Source: Callorhinchus milii
Lineage: Eukaryota
Assembly: GCF_018977255.1 (NCBI RefSeq)
Contig: NW_024704742.1
Location: 16,308,001 to 16,372,000, forward strand
DNA: 64,000 nt
Direction: 5' to 3'
The notes under the pieces are model-generated. The model saw only the letters and a program-made list of their open reading frames with translations, was not told the origin of the DNA and made no database searches. Each line of letters opens with the position of its first letter. Within the stretch, counting starts at the first letter, position 1. Of this stretch, positions 44,895 to 57,370 are shown in pieces. A program made the translations under genes and the position numbers.

Positions 44895-47800
44895 TCGGGG
44901 AGCGGCGGCAGGACAGCGCGGGGAGGAGCCTGGGCCTACTGACCCAGGTACTTAAACTCGACGCCGGAGCGAGTTCAGCCCCGGGGGGGGGGGGGAGGGG
45001 AGGGAGGTGTGGGGGCGGAGCGGGGGAACTGCGACGTCATAGATTAGTTTTCAGGTGAGTGCGCGCGCAAAAAAAAAAAAAAAAAAAAACCTCTGCGCCC
45101 CCCCCCACCCCCCCCAGGGCTCACATCAGAGCCCACTATGGTCCTGTTGGGTTCGCTGCCCCAATCTGCGGGATAATGCCATCCACCTGACCGCTCGCTC
45201 CCGGTCCCCGCGTGCGCACTATGGCTGCCGCTTTGACCCGAGCCCCCTCACCCCCTCCCTCCCGCCCCCCTCCTCTCTCCCCCCAAACCCTCCCCCCTCT
45301 GCATCTCTCCCGCTCTCTCCTCCTCTCTCTCCGTCCCTCTCGTCTTCTATCCCCACTTGACCCTCCCACAACCTCCCTCTGTTCCAGCCTGGGAATCCTC
45401 CGCCGGGCTCACCGTGGCACTCGGCGTTGGCTGTCCAGCAGCAGCCACACCGACTGCCCCATTCCCCACCACACTCGCCACCCACCCCGGACACAGACCC
45501 GGGGAGTCAACCTCTCCTCCCTCATCCCCATTCCCCCCACCCCTGCCTCACAACCTGGACCCCCCTCCCCTCCCACACACCCTTCTGTCAACCGCTCCCT
45601 CCACATCGGACTGCAAAATGTCCGCTCCCTCTGCAACAAGGCCCTGGTCATCAACGATCTCATCCTTGATGAGAACGTTGATATCATGGCCTTAACAGAA
45701 ACCTGGCTCACCCCAGGCGACACCTTCCCCCTCACGGAGGCCACGCCACCCGGCTACACCTCCCACCACATCCCCCGCCCCAACCGCCGTGGCGGTGGTG
45801 TTGCCCTTATCTCAAGGACACCACTTGCCCTATCCCCCTACTCCACTGGCTCTTTCCCCTCCTTTGAGCACCTCACCCTCTCCCACCCCTCATTCCTCTC
45901 CCTTAAAATCCTCCTCCTCTACCGGCCCCCTAAAACCTCTCCCACCTTCATCTCTGACATTTCAACACTCCTCACATCTCTTTGCCTCTGCTCCGATCGC
46001 CTCATCATCCTGGGCGACTTTAACCTACACTTCACCCCCTCCTGCTCCATCTCCACAGACTTCTCTTCCCTGCTCTCCTCACTCAACCTCTCCTTACACA
46101 TAAACTCCCCCACTCACAGTCACGGCCACCCACTCGATTTGGTGATCACCCGGGGCCTCAGTGTCTCGGATGTCACTATTACCGACAAGGCCATCTCTGA
46201 CCACTACTTCATCTCCTTCACCACCTCCACCCCCCTCCCCACCTCCACCAGACCCACCACCATCTTCTACCGCCCTTGGAAGAAGTTACCCCCACAATCC
46301 CTAACCGATGCCTTGGAGTCCTCTGAACTCCTCTCCCTCTGGCCTTCAACCCTCACCGACCCCTCTTCTCCTCTCTCCCTCCTCCACAATACCCTCTCCT
46401 CCACACTCGATACTCTTGCCCCCATCACTTCCCGCACTGTCTCCTACTCCCGCTCCTCCCCCTGGTACACCACCCACCTCCGCTCACTGAAAAGCCAGGT
46501 GCGGGCTGCTGAACGCACCTGTGTCAAATCTGGCCTAACGGTCCACCGACAAATCTGGCTGGACCTCCTCAAAATTTACCGCTCCACTCTAGCCTCGGCC
46601 AAGTCGTCCTTCTACTCCAGGATAATCCTGGAGGCGAAGAACAACCCCAGGCTACTGTTTTCCACCACAACCCGACTCCTCCGTCCCCCCCGCCACCCCG
46701 CGCAGGTCATCTCCTCCAACCTTCACTGCGAGGAGATGCTGGATTTCCTTGAATCCAAGATCAAGGGAATCCGCTCCGCGGTCACTTCCCCTCCAACTTC
46801 CACCCACCACCCACCCCTTCCCTCCCACACTCCGACTCCTACCCATCCTCCCCTACACACCTTCGTACCCGTTTCCCCACCCTCTGTCACTGAACTCATC
46901 CTATCCCTAAAACCAACCACCTGCTCCCTTGACCCCATCCCCACTCCACTCCTTATCTCCCAGCTCCACTTTCTTGCCCCACATATCACTGACATCATCA
47001 ACCTGTCCCTCTCCTCTGGCTCTGTCCCCATTCCATTAAAAACTGCCATCATCACGCCCACCCTGAAAAAACCCTCCCTTGATGCGTCGCAGCTATCAAG
47101 CTACCGGCCCATCTCCAACCTCCCCTTTCTCTCCAAGGTCTTGGAAAGAGTTGTCGCCTCCCAACTGCGCTCTTTCCTTTCCACCCATTCTCTTTTTGAA
47201 CCCCTTCAGTCAGGTTTCCGTGCTGCTCATAGCACAGAAACTGCCCTGGTCAAGGTCACCAATGATATCCTGACCATCTGTGACCAGGGCTCCCTCTGTC
47301 TCCTCGTCCTCCTCGACCTATCGGCAGCATTCGATACGGTCGACCACGCTATCCTACTCCACCGCTTGTCCTCCCACCTCAACCTTCAAGGCACTGTCCT
47401 TGAATGGTTTAGGTCGTACCTTTCTCACCGTCTTCACTTTGTCTCAACGAATGGCTTCTCCTCCACCCCCCGTACTGTCTCATGTGGTGTCCCTCAGGGC
47501 TCTGTCCTCGGTCCCCTCCTCTTCACCCTCTATATGCTCCCCCTCGGTGACATCATCCGCAGACATGGAGTTAACTTCCACATGTATGCGGATGACACCC
47601 AACTCTACCTTTCCTCCTCTACTCTCAACTCCACGACCACCGATGTCCTGACAGCCTGCCTGTCCGACATCGAGTCCTGGACGAGAGACAACTTTCTTCA
47701 GCTCAACGTGCGAAAAACCGAGGCCCTCCTGATTGGCTCACGTCAGCGCCTCCGCACCTCAGGCGCTGACACCATCAGCATCCAAGGCTGCACTCTCCAC

Positions 47801-48673
47801 CTCTCAAAGCCAGTCAGGAACCTCGGCGTTTTGTTCGACCCTTTCTCCCTCACATCCGCACCACAACTGGCACCGCCTTCCATCACCTCCGGAACATCGC
47901 CAGACTACGGCACTACCTCACCCCTCACGCTGCTGAAACCCTGGTTCACGCCTTTGTCACCTCAAGGCTGGACTATGGGAACTCTCTCCTCGCCGGCCTT
48001 CCCGCCACCTCCCTCCACAAGCTGCAGGTCATTCAGAACTCTGCAGCTCGTGTACTGTCCCGCACCAGGCTTCGGGACCACATCACTCCCACCCTCGCTC
48101 GCCTCCACTGGCTCCCCATCCCCCAGAGGATTGATTTCAAGATCCTCATCCTCACCTACAAGGCCATTCACGGCCTTGCTCCCTCCTACCTCTCCAACCT
48201 ACTATCCCCCTACCTACCTGCCCGTACCCTCCGTTCCTCTGGCTCCGGTCTGCTCCACGTCCCCCGCCCCAACCGCCCTACCATCGGTGGTCGGGCCTTC
48301 AGCCTCTCAGCCCCTAGGCTCTGGAACTCCATCCCCCAGTGCCTTCGCCTTGCTTCCTCCCTTTCCTCCTTCAAGGCCGGTCTCAAAACCTTTCTCTTTG
48401 ACCGAGCCTTCAGCTCCCCTCTCGACTCTCTTCCCCTCCTCGCTCCCTCCCTTCCCTCCCCTCACCCTGACCATTTCCCCCCTCCTTGCTCCCTCCCTTC
48501 CCTCCCCTCACCCTGACCATTTCCCCCCTCCTCGCTCCCTCCCTTCCCTCCCCTCACCCTGACCATTTCCCCCCTGCTCGGGTCATGACCCAACTGTGCA
48601 GCGCCTTGGGACGTCCTCCTGACGTGAAAGGCGCTTTATAAATGGAATCTTGTTGTTGTTGTTGTTGTTGTTG
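44895..48673 (+). mobile_element. near full-length L2-clade LINE (APE endonuclease + RT), one frameshift at about 47841
   Basis: ORF 45212 onward: [85 protein letters not shown]; conserved L2 3' end plus (TGT)n tail; 5' limit approximate. Confidence 0.95.
48433..48575 (+). repeat. about 3 tandem copies of a ~46-bp pyrimidine-rich unit in the L2 3' UTR
   Basis: CCCCTCCTCGCTCCCTCCCTTCCCTCCCCTCACCCTGACCATTT repeated. Confidence 0.85.
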
Positions 48674-48769
48674 TAAACATTACAAATTCCAGTTTCACCT
48701 TATTCACTACTGTGCTGTTTGCTCTATTTCAATGTACAGCACTCCGCTACACATGCGCAAATGGGTTCT

Positions 48770-49082
48770 AATAATAATAATAATCTTTGCATTTGATATA
48801 GTGCTTTTCACGTCTTCTAGACATCTCAAAGCGCTTCACAGAATATATAGTAAAGTGAATTGACTGTATATTTGTGGACGAAACGTGGCAGCCAATTGTG
48901 CACAACAGTGTCCCCACAAACAGTCGTGGATTGAAGTGAGCAATTTATTATTTTTTTNCTTGAGGGATTATTATTAGGCGTGTGGAGTAAGAATAGTTGC
49001 CCAAGGTTTTGGCCTGCCACGAATCGAACCCAAGTCTCTCGCTTGTGAGGCGAGTGCTCTAACTACTGAGCTACAAGACTCC
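48770..49082 (-). mobile_element. tRNA-derived SINE
   Basis: reverse complement of the family consensus. Confidence 0.88.
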
Positions 49083-50632
49083 TTAATATTCAAACAAGAA
49101 GCTAGTGAATTAACCTGTATACACACAAATATATACATATATATGTATTACCAGATGAACTAATAGAAAATGATTAAAAAATTTGGACTTCAAATAAATT
49201 AATCAATCTGATAATGATCACTCAATTAAAAAATCTCTTTTAAATGGCTTTGGACCCATACATTGTGCTAAAGTGTCAGCGTGGGGAGAGGGGAGATGAT
49301 ATATACCAATCGCCAGTCTTTAGGTATGGACAGAACTTTTTGATATTAGTTGATTCAATAACTCATCTGGTAATTAAATCTGCTCGAAAACATCATAATT
49401 TATGTCCCCAGATTACATCTCCTGCTCAGGTATTCTGCTCATATCACACATTAGGCAATTCATTTTTTGAAAAATGCATCATTTTTAACAGAAGCAGAAT
49501 TGTGCATGCAATAATTCTGGTGCTTTTGCTGTGACACTTTTGACTGCACCAGCTGCTTTCCATGAATCACAAAATAATATAAAAACTTTGCCACGCTCAC
49601 TGGTGGTACAATAAACATTCACTATCATACACCACAGTCACTCCATTTGACTTTAAAAGAATAAAATACCAACTGTTTTGAGACATTTTTCTTAGCCAGC
49701 TGAAGTCAGTTTAGAATCAAAAACAAAAGATCGGAACTAGTGAAGCAAGATTGTGAACGACAGATAAACAGAGATTGCTCTCTGGGTAGGTGGGAGATCA
49801 AGAACAAACTGAATCATTTGAAGGCACATTTTCGGCTTTGATTCCCAACATAAAACGACACCAACTTGCATTTGTAGAATGCCCTTTACACAGGGTGGGG
49901 TCTTGGAGCAATAAAAATGCGTTGTTGCTTCAAAGTATTGAATCATTTTTATCATTGAAAGTGAGGAAAGTGGAACACTTTGTTGTTCTGCTCCATTCAC
50001 CCAATATGTGGGTGTTCACTTTCTGTTTTGGCGAAATTTGGTGAAATTTTAGCTGAGTGCTTATAAATAATGGTAAAACAATTCTGGACTATGGATAAAA
50101 ACAAGAACACACTTACAATTATATAGCTGTCCATATTTTGAATAGATATAGTTATCGTGAGTTCCATTACCCGTCATAGAGCTTGAACCCATAACCTTCT
50201 GGTACACAAATTATTGAGAAAAAAACTATTTTTTAAGAAAGAAATCAGGCCAGCCTTAATAGGTAAGAACAGGAACATTTACATGATGCTTTCATTTACA
50301 TTGTTATCTAAAAAAAATACTTTTGCAAGCTCTCAATTTGTGACTATATTTAAATCTATTTCATATAATCATTAAAAAGGCTCTGCTAATTTGTTTTGCA
50401 TTATAACAATTACTTTTTATTGAATAACTAAGTAATGAACACCTCATAAGACAATAAAGTAATTTATAAAAGAGTGTTGCAGAATATTTTATTTTCTAAG
50501 ACGCTTAGCAAAATCTTGATCTTAACATGTCTTTCCTGTGAGTTTTTCCAGTAATACTTCCTAAGAGAAACATGTTACATTTACAATCTGTATAAATCAC
50601 TACAAGTAGAAATATAATTTGGTTTTGTAAGT

Positions 50633-50961
50633 GTGGAGTCCTGTAGCTCAGTGGTTAGAGCACTCGCTTTGCAAGCGAGAGACCTGAGTTCAATTCCAGG
50701 CAGAGGGCGAAACCTTGGGCAAGTTTCCTTACTCCACACGCCTAATAATAATCCCTCCAAAACCAAAAACAATAAATAAATTGGTCATTTTCAATCTACG
50801 ACTGTTTGTGGGACATTGCTGTGCGCAATTGGCTGCCGCGTTCGCCCACAAATATACAGTCAATTCACTTTACAGTGTGTTCTGTGAAGCGCTTTGGGAC
50901 GTCCTCTCGACGTGAAAAGCGCTATATCAAATGCAAGGATTATTATTATTATTATTATTAT
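50633..50961 (+). mobile_element. tRNA-derived SINE, short young subfamily
   Basis: near-identical to the 40124 copy. Confidence 0.92.
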
Positions 50962-51030
50962 TTTCATAACTTTTGCTTCTCCGGATGAAATAATAATCCT
51001 TACATTTGATATAGAAACTTAGGGGAGTTT

Positions 51031-51407
51031 GTGGAGTCCTGTAGCTCAGTGGTTAGAGCACTCATCTCGCAAGCGAGTGATCTGGGTTCGATTCCTGGCA
51101 GGATGAAACTTTGGGCAAGTTTCGTTACTCCACACACTTCTGTTTACCTAGCAGTACGTAGGAACCTGGTTGTTAGTCGTTTGGCGGATTGCTTTTCTGG
51201 GGGTAATAATTCCTTCAAAATAAATCTAAAAATAATAAATTAGTCACTCAATCCACGACTGTTTGTGGGACACTACTGTGCGCAATTGACTGCTGCGTTT
51301 TGCCCACAAAATATACAGTCAATTCACTGACAGCATATTCTGCAAGTGCTTTGTGACGTCTCGATGATGTGATAAGGCGCTATATCAAATGTAAGGATTA
51401 TTATTAT
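51031..51407 (+). mobile_element. tRNA-derived SINE, long subfamily
   Basis: contains the ctgtttacctagcagt...ggcggattgcttttc segment. Confidence 0.9.
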
Positions 51408-52659
51408 ACAGAAAGTATATGATCAAGGTGTCTCAAAGCCCTTCATGGGATTTTACTGTGAAGTGTAGTGATTGTATATTTGTAGGCAAAGACAACAGCC
51501 AATATTCCATAATCAGTCATAAAGTAAATGATCAATTTTATATTTCGCCCACAAATATACAGTCAATATAATTTACAGTATATTCTGCGAAGCGCTTTGA
51601 GATGTCTTGAGGACATGATAAGGCACTATATCAAATGCAAGGATTCTTACTGTTACCATATGAAGGATTGTTGGCCAGGACGCTGTGAGAACCCCTGCTC
51701 TTTTCAAGTAGTACAATGTGATCTTTAGCATCCACCTGAACAGGCAGATGGGACTGTGGTTTAATGTATGAACGGAAGGATGCCAATTCCGAAAATATAG
51801 GACTCCAATGCAGTGACAACCTAGACTGTGAATTCAAATTCCCCATATGGGGCTTGAATCAACAACCTCCTGATTCAGAAGACAGCCAGGCTGACACAAC
51901 ATGTACAGATATTATTTTCTTCACTTAATATTCAGGATCACTGCCGCAAACCGCAATAATGTCTGCTGTCTCATAGTTTCCTGAGTACAGTTCTTTTTCT
52001 GCAAGAAATGAAACTGAAATCAAGTTGAAAGACATATACAGTATCACACTGTTAACTGTAGAGGGCACCCTAAGATTGGGGCCTGAGGCACATTGCTAGG
52101 GCAAAACTAAGCCACATTTAAGGCTTGAAATCCTTGATTATAGCCTATGAGATTATTATGACTTAAAATTTAAGATCCACAAGATTGTGGAAAATCCTTA
52201 AATTCAGTCTTAATTTTGAAGCTGTTTTTCCTGCTGTTATTAAACGTAAGCAGGTTTCAAATTGAAGCTGAATGTCTTGACCCAGGGTAATAATTGGTTG
52301 TTTAATATACTTTCACTTCACCAGAGTAGTTCAGTGTGTACTAGAGAACCTGAGAGTCCATGTTGTACAAATTAAGTTTACATTTTGTATGAAATGTTCA
52401 TGCAAAATGCAGAAAGATTTCTGTTCTGACATTTTTTTCTGGGGACCACACTCTTATGCAGTAATGAGCTACTGACAAAATATTGTAGTGCATTGTGCAC
52501 TCTGTTGTTCTATATCCTACTTTCCCGGAATCTCAAAGCAGCACACAAATACATTGTCATTTTGAAGCACGTTTTTTGAATAGCCATGATACATTTTCAA
52601 ACTGATCACAACAATTCACCTATTGATTTGTGAACACAAGATGGCGCCCTGTTATCATT

Positions 52660-52974
52660 GGAGTTCTGTAGCTCAGTGGTTAGAGCACTCGCCTCTCAAG
52701 CAAGAGATCTGGGTTCAATTCCGGCACGACGAAGCCGTGGGTAAGATTCCTTATTCCACACGCCTAATAATAATCCCTGAAGAAAATAGACAATAATAAA
52801 TTGGTCATTTCAATCCATGACTGCTTGTGGGACACTGCTGTGCGCAATTGGCTGCCGCGTTTCGCCCACGAATATAGTCAATTCACTTTACAGTATATTT
52901 TGTGAAGTGCTTTGAGACATCTAGAAGATGTGAAAAGCACTATATCAAATGCAAGGATTATTATTATTATTATT
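52660..52974 (+). mobile_element. tRNA-derived SINE
   Basis: family head and tail. Confidence 0.88.
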
Positions 52975-53364
52975 GTGCAACCATACAACAGCTTACATAG
53001 ATATACTTATGGCCAGATACAGCTTTCAACATGAGAATTTAATCGTTCCAAAACTGCAATGAATCAGTATTGCACATGTGTTTTGCATGTATTATTTAAT
53101 ACAGTAGGATGGAATTCAAAATACAGGGTTATCAAAAAGTCGTGATATCATTGAAATGTTTAATAAGTCTTAAAGAAATTATAATTTTTTAGATAATAGG
53201 GTATTATATAGGCTTTTTGGTCACCCTGTATAACAACAGAGTATGGTTTAATTGATTCAGCGCAAGTAGAACTTCAGTGGTGGCAATTATGAGGTGTGGT
53301 TGTAATTTTCACTCGCTTTAAAAATCGGTTGAGGCCAATCTACATTGAGTGGTCCACAAGTATG

Positions 53365-53780
53365 AACCTTTCTCTCCTTGAGTATAGAAAGTTAAGTGGT
53401 GATTTGATTAAGGTGTTTAAAATGATAAAGGGATTTTATAGGTTAGCTACAGATAAAGTATTTCCTCTGGTGGGAGAATCCAGAGCAAAGGGACATAATC
53501 TTAAAATTAGAGCTAGGCCATTTAGGAGTGAAATTAGGAGGCAGTTTTTTATGTAGAGGGTAGTGGAAATCTGGAACTCTCTCCCCAAAAGGCTGTGGAT
53601 GCTGGATCCATTCAAATTTTCAAGGCTGAGATGGATAGATTTTTGTTAGGTCAGGGTATTAAGGGATATGGGGCAAAGGCAGGCATTTGGAATTGAAGTA
53701 CAAATCAACCATGATCTAATAGAATGGTGGAACAGGCTTGAGGGGCTGAATGGCCTACTCCTGTTCTATGTTCCTATGTT
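53365..53780 (+). mobile_element. CR1 3' fragment
   Basis: LEYRKLSGDLIKVFKMIKG; ggctgaatggcctactcctgttc tail. Confidence 0.85.
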
Positions 53781-56659
53781 CCCTCTCCTGACTTTGCCAC
53801 AGTGGTTAGATGCAAAGTTGCCAGCGTCTGGCATTGGAGTTAATGGAACTCAAATGCATTCTAAAATCATGGTTGGAAAGGATGCTGACTCTGTACATGC
53901 TTGCATTGCAAAATAAGAAACTTTGCCCATAATAGAAAGAACTGAAAATAAAAAGAATATAAATTGACCAAGAAGACAGGATATAATCTGATGACATTTC
54001 CACTTGAAAATTTAAATGCAATGTATTCTTGCAACTGGAATAAAATAAATGTTATTCACTTTCCAATTTCAAAAAAGTAATTCTTGGTAGCATCCATCAA
54101 AACCTGCCCAGGCAATGAGATGAAAAGCTCCAAGTGCAAGGGAGGTTATTGAAGGTTATTATTTTTTTTCCAGCTATATTGTGCTTGCAATGACACAGAA
54201 AGGAGAAAGTATCAGTAATTTAAGTGCAAATTGTTTGAAATGTAACACAGAGTTAGAAAATAACTGACTGCATTTATCATGCTCGATGAAAATCCTAAGG
54301 AGCAGCTCATCGATGCCATTGATCAAAATAAATTAAAAGGGAAAACTACGCTTAAGGACTAAGAATGTTCTGACTTTGAAAAATGTGATTTTGATCTTGG
54401 AACCTTGAATAGAATTATTCCTAGCTAACATTTGCATGTGTTTGAGATCCATTATGCACATCCATCTGAAGCTGAATACACCGTCTAGAAAAAGAAATAA
54501 ATGAAAAGGCGTGCATTTATTCTGAGGCTTATCACACAAAGGAATTTCAGCACAAGGTAAAATCACAGGAGAAACATTTGTTTTCAATGTTAGAATCTGC
54601 AACAATTTTACAGCGATTGTAAAAGTGGTTAAAGTTCCTGGCGTAATATTTACAGTACTTTAAAGGAGTGATGAATATGCCAATTAAATCAATAATTTCT
54701 AATTATTTGTTGCTTAGACTTTGCTGGACCATGTTAAAAGTTGTATTATTATTTACTGAGGTGCTTTTAATTTTTTTCTCGATGAACTTTCTCCCCAGTG
54801 TCCCTGGAATAACCTTTTCACAATCAGCTCTTCCATTGTCCTTCTGGAACAACATTCCAGGAACCTATATTCTCATTTCAAAACAGTGATGCTGTTGATG
54901 AAAAATGGATCCTGCTACTGAAAAATATTAAGGACAAATATATCCAGGAAAGACGTAATTTAATGCTTGTAGGGTTAAATATGTTTTTGTGTCAGGTCAT
55001 CGCATTGGTAGCACTCTCACCTCTGAATAAGAAGGTTCTGAGTTCAAGCCCCACATTGGGCCTTGGAATTACATAGTTTAAGATGACACTCCAATTCAGC
55101 TGGGTGGAGGAGGTGTTGCATTGTCAGAGGTGTTGTCCTTCAGATGACATATTAAATGAAGGTCCCTGTTCAGGTGGACTATTCCAAAAGAGAAGGGTGT
55201 TTCTCCCAGTGTCCTGGCCAACAAATCCCCCAAATAAAATTGGTTACTCAATCCATGACTGTTTGTGAGACATGCTGAGTGCAAATTGGCTGCCGTGTTT
55301 CACCCACAAAATATAGTCAATCCAATTTGCAATATATCCTGTGAAGAGCTTTGAGGTGTCTGGCCAACAAGAGAAGGCTCTATATCAAATGCAAGGATTA
55401 TCATTATTATAAAATGTGACCTTTTACAAAGGACTTGATGTGAAATTGACTCGGAATTACTCATGTCCTTAGAACTAAAACCATTGTTTTAAAAGTTAAG
55501 ATTGTGAGAAATATTGGGAAACATTCTTAAACTCACTTTTAATTTGAAGGTCAATTTTTCCACAGCACCGATAAAGAATTGTGGAAGACCAACTTCCAAA
55601 TTAAGGCTGAATTTTATGACTGCTTTCCAGAATGCCACATCATCTTACATTTGCAGATAATGGTCTTAAGCCTAAGAAATAGCCTGGAACACAATCTAGT
55701 CAGAGCTTGTGAGATGATTTGTCTTAAAATTTAGGATTGCACAGAATTGTAAAAAAAACTTCAATCATAATGTGGAAGCCAGTTATTTGAAGTTCTTTAA
55801 AATAACTAGCTTCCACATTAAGATTGAATTTAAAATTTAAGCCAAGATGGTCGTAAGGTGCAATAAGGGACTCTGGACTTCTTTGCTACTTGTTCTTCAA
55901 GGGATCCATGAGGCATGCCAGCTTCTCTCCTTTAGGCCACAAGACTTTCTGTCGATCTCCACTGTAGACTTGGAAAAGGAATTGGCCTTTTGCTGTATTT
56001 CCCATGTTGCTCTCTTGCCTCAAACTGAACCTTTCAGTTTTAATGCCCCAAAAGGACACAGTTGTATTTGCAGACTTCATTTGAAAAATTACCTCTTTGT
56101 CCTTTGACATTTTCCGTATGTTGGAAATCTTCCAGGTAACGTTGCATACATTACAGTCACAGCACGTTTTCTCTGCATTGGCTCCAGTTATTCACAGCAC
56201 CCCACCGCCCACCATATCTTCTCACTTCCTATTGCTCAGAAGTACAGGTGTGAAGGTTTACTATTTATTTTAATAACAGTCTTTGTGCATTTCCACAAAT
56301 AGAAATAACTAAGAGATGCTTCTAAACATATTTTATCAAAAGTGACTTATTTTTGTCCAGCAAACTGTTTTATATTCCATATTTTGAGCAGCTCTGGAAG
56401 AATTCATTCTCATCACAGAGTGTGGAGCAAATATGTTTTTGTTGCATCAAGAAAAACAAAGTTGTATCTCTGTTCACCACCAGATGTAAGAGTTCAGAGT
56501 CACCAAGTGACCATCTGTAGCTGACGCAATGATGCTGCTGCAATAGCTGAAAGTTATTTAGATAAAAAAAAGATATTACTGAAATCCGAAATCCAATGGT
56601 CCATTGAATTCGATGGGCTTGAAGGGAACATCACAATTCATTATTCAAAAATAAATCAA

Positions 56660-57370
56660 TTAACAACAACAATTTACATTGACATGATGCCTTTCACATC
56701 GGGTGGTTGTCTCAAAGTGCTTCACCAACTGGGAACTCATACTCGGGCAGGAGCTGAGGAAGGCAAGGGAACGGTGACTGAATGTACGGTAGAAGAATGG
56801 GGTCTTAAGATTGTGAAGGCAAAGAGGTAGCGAGCAATGTGAAGGGACTAAGGGATGCAATTCCAGAGTGTGGGGGTTGAGTTACTGAAGGCTTGCTCAC
56901 CGATGGTGGGATTCAACTGGCGGGGATATAAAGCAATGTTGTGTTTGCTGAATGCAGGGAATGGCTGGGGAATTGACTTCACATGAGGCTACAGAGGTAG
57001 GGTGGGACAAGACTGCGGAGGTATTTGAATGTGAGGATGAGAATTTTTAAAACTAAGGATGATGATGGACTTGCAGAGCCTGGTGTGGGAGATGACATTA
57101 ATCTGGATGGTCTGCAGCTTGTGCAGAGAGTAGACGGGGTATCTGGTGAGCAGGACATTTGAGCAATTGAGTCTGGAGGTAATGAAGATGTGCACGAGGC
57201 CTTAGCTTCCTACAGGGGAAGGTCATGACACAGGCTGGCAATGTTGTGGAGATGAAGGAAAGGAAAGCTACTGAGAAACCAGGTGTAGGATTTGAAGGAT
57301 AGTTGGGGGTCAAACAAGACATTGAAGTTCTGCATTGACTGTAAAAGACTTGTTCATGGTCAAACAAAGT
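56660..57370 (-). mobile_element. decayed L2 3' fragment
   Basis: FITSRL.CSN.LL...LHKLQ.IQ remnant and aacaacaac tail. Confidence 0.7.

Noticed and set aside
47845..48562. Pro/Ser-rich C-terminus of the 1116-aa ORF as a novel domain
   Set aside because: Out-of-frame translation after the L2 frameshift; the normal L2 C-terminus is in another frame.
52638..52649. YY1-like CAAGATGGCGCC motif
   Set aside because: Isolated, with no CpG island or other promoter evidence.
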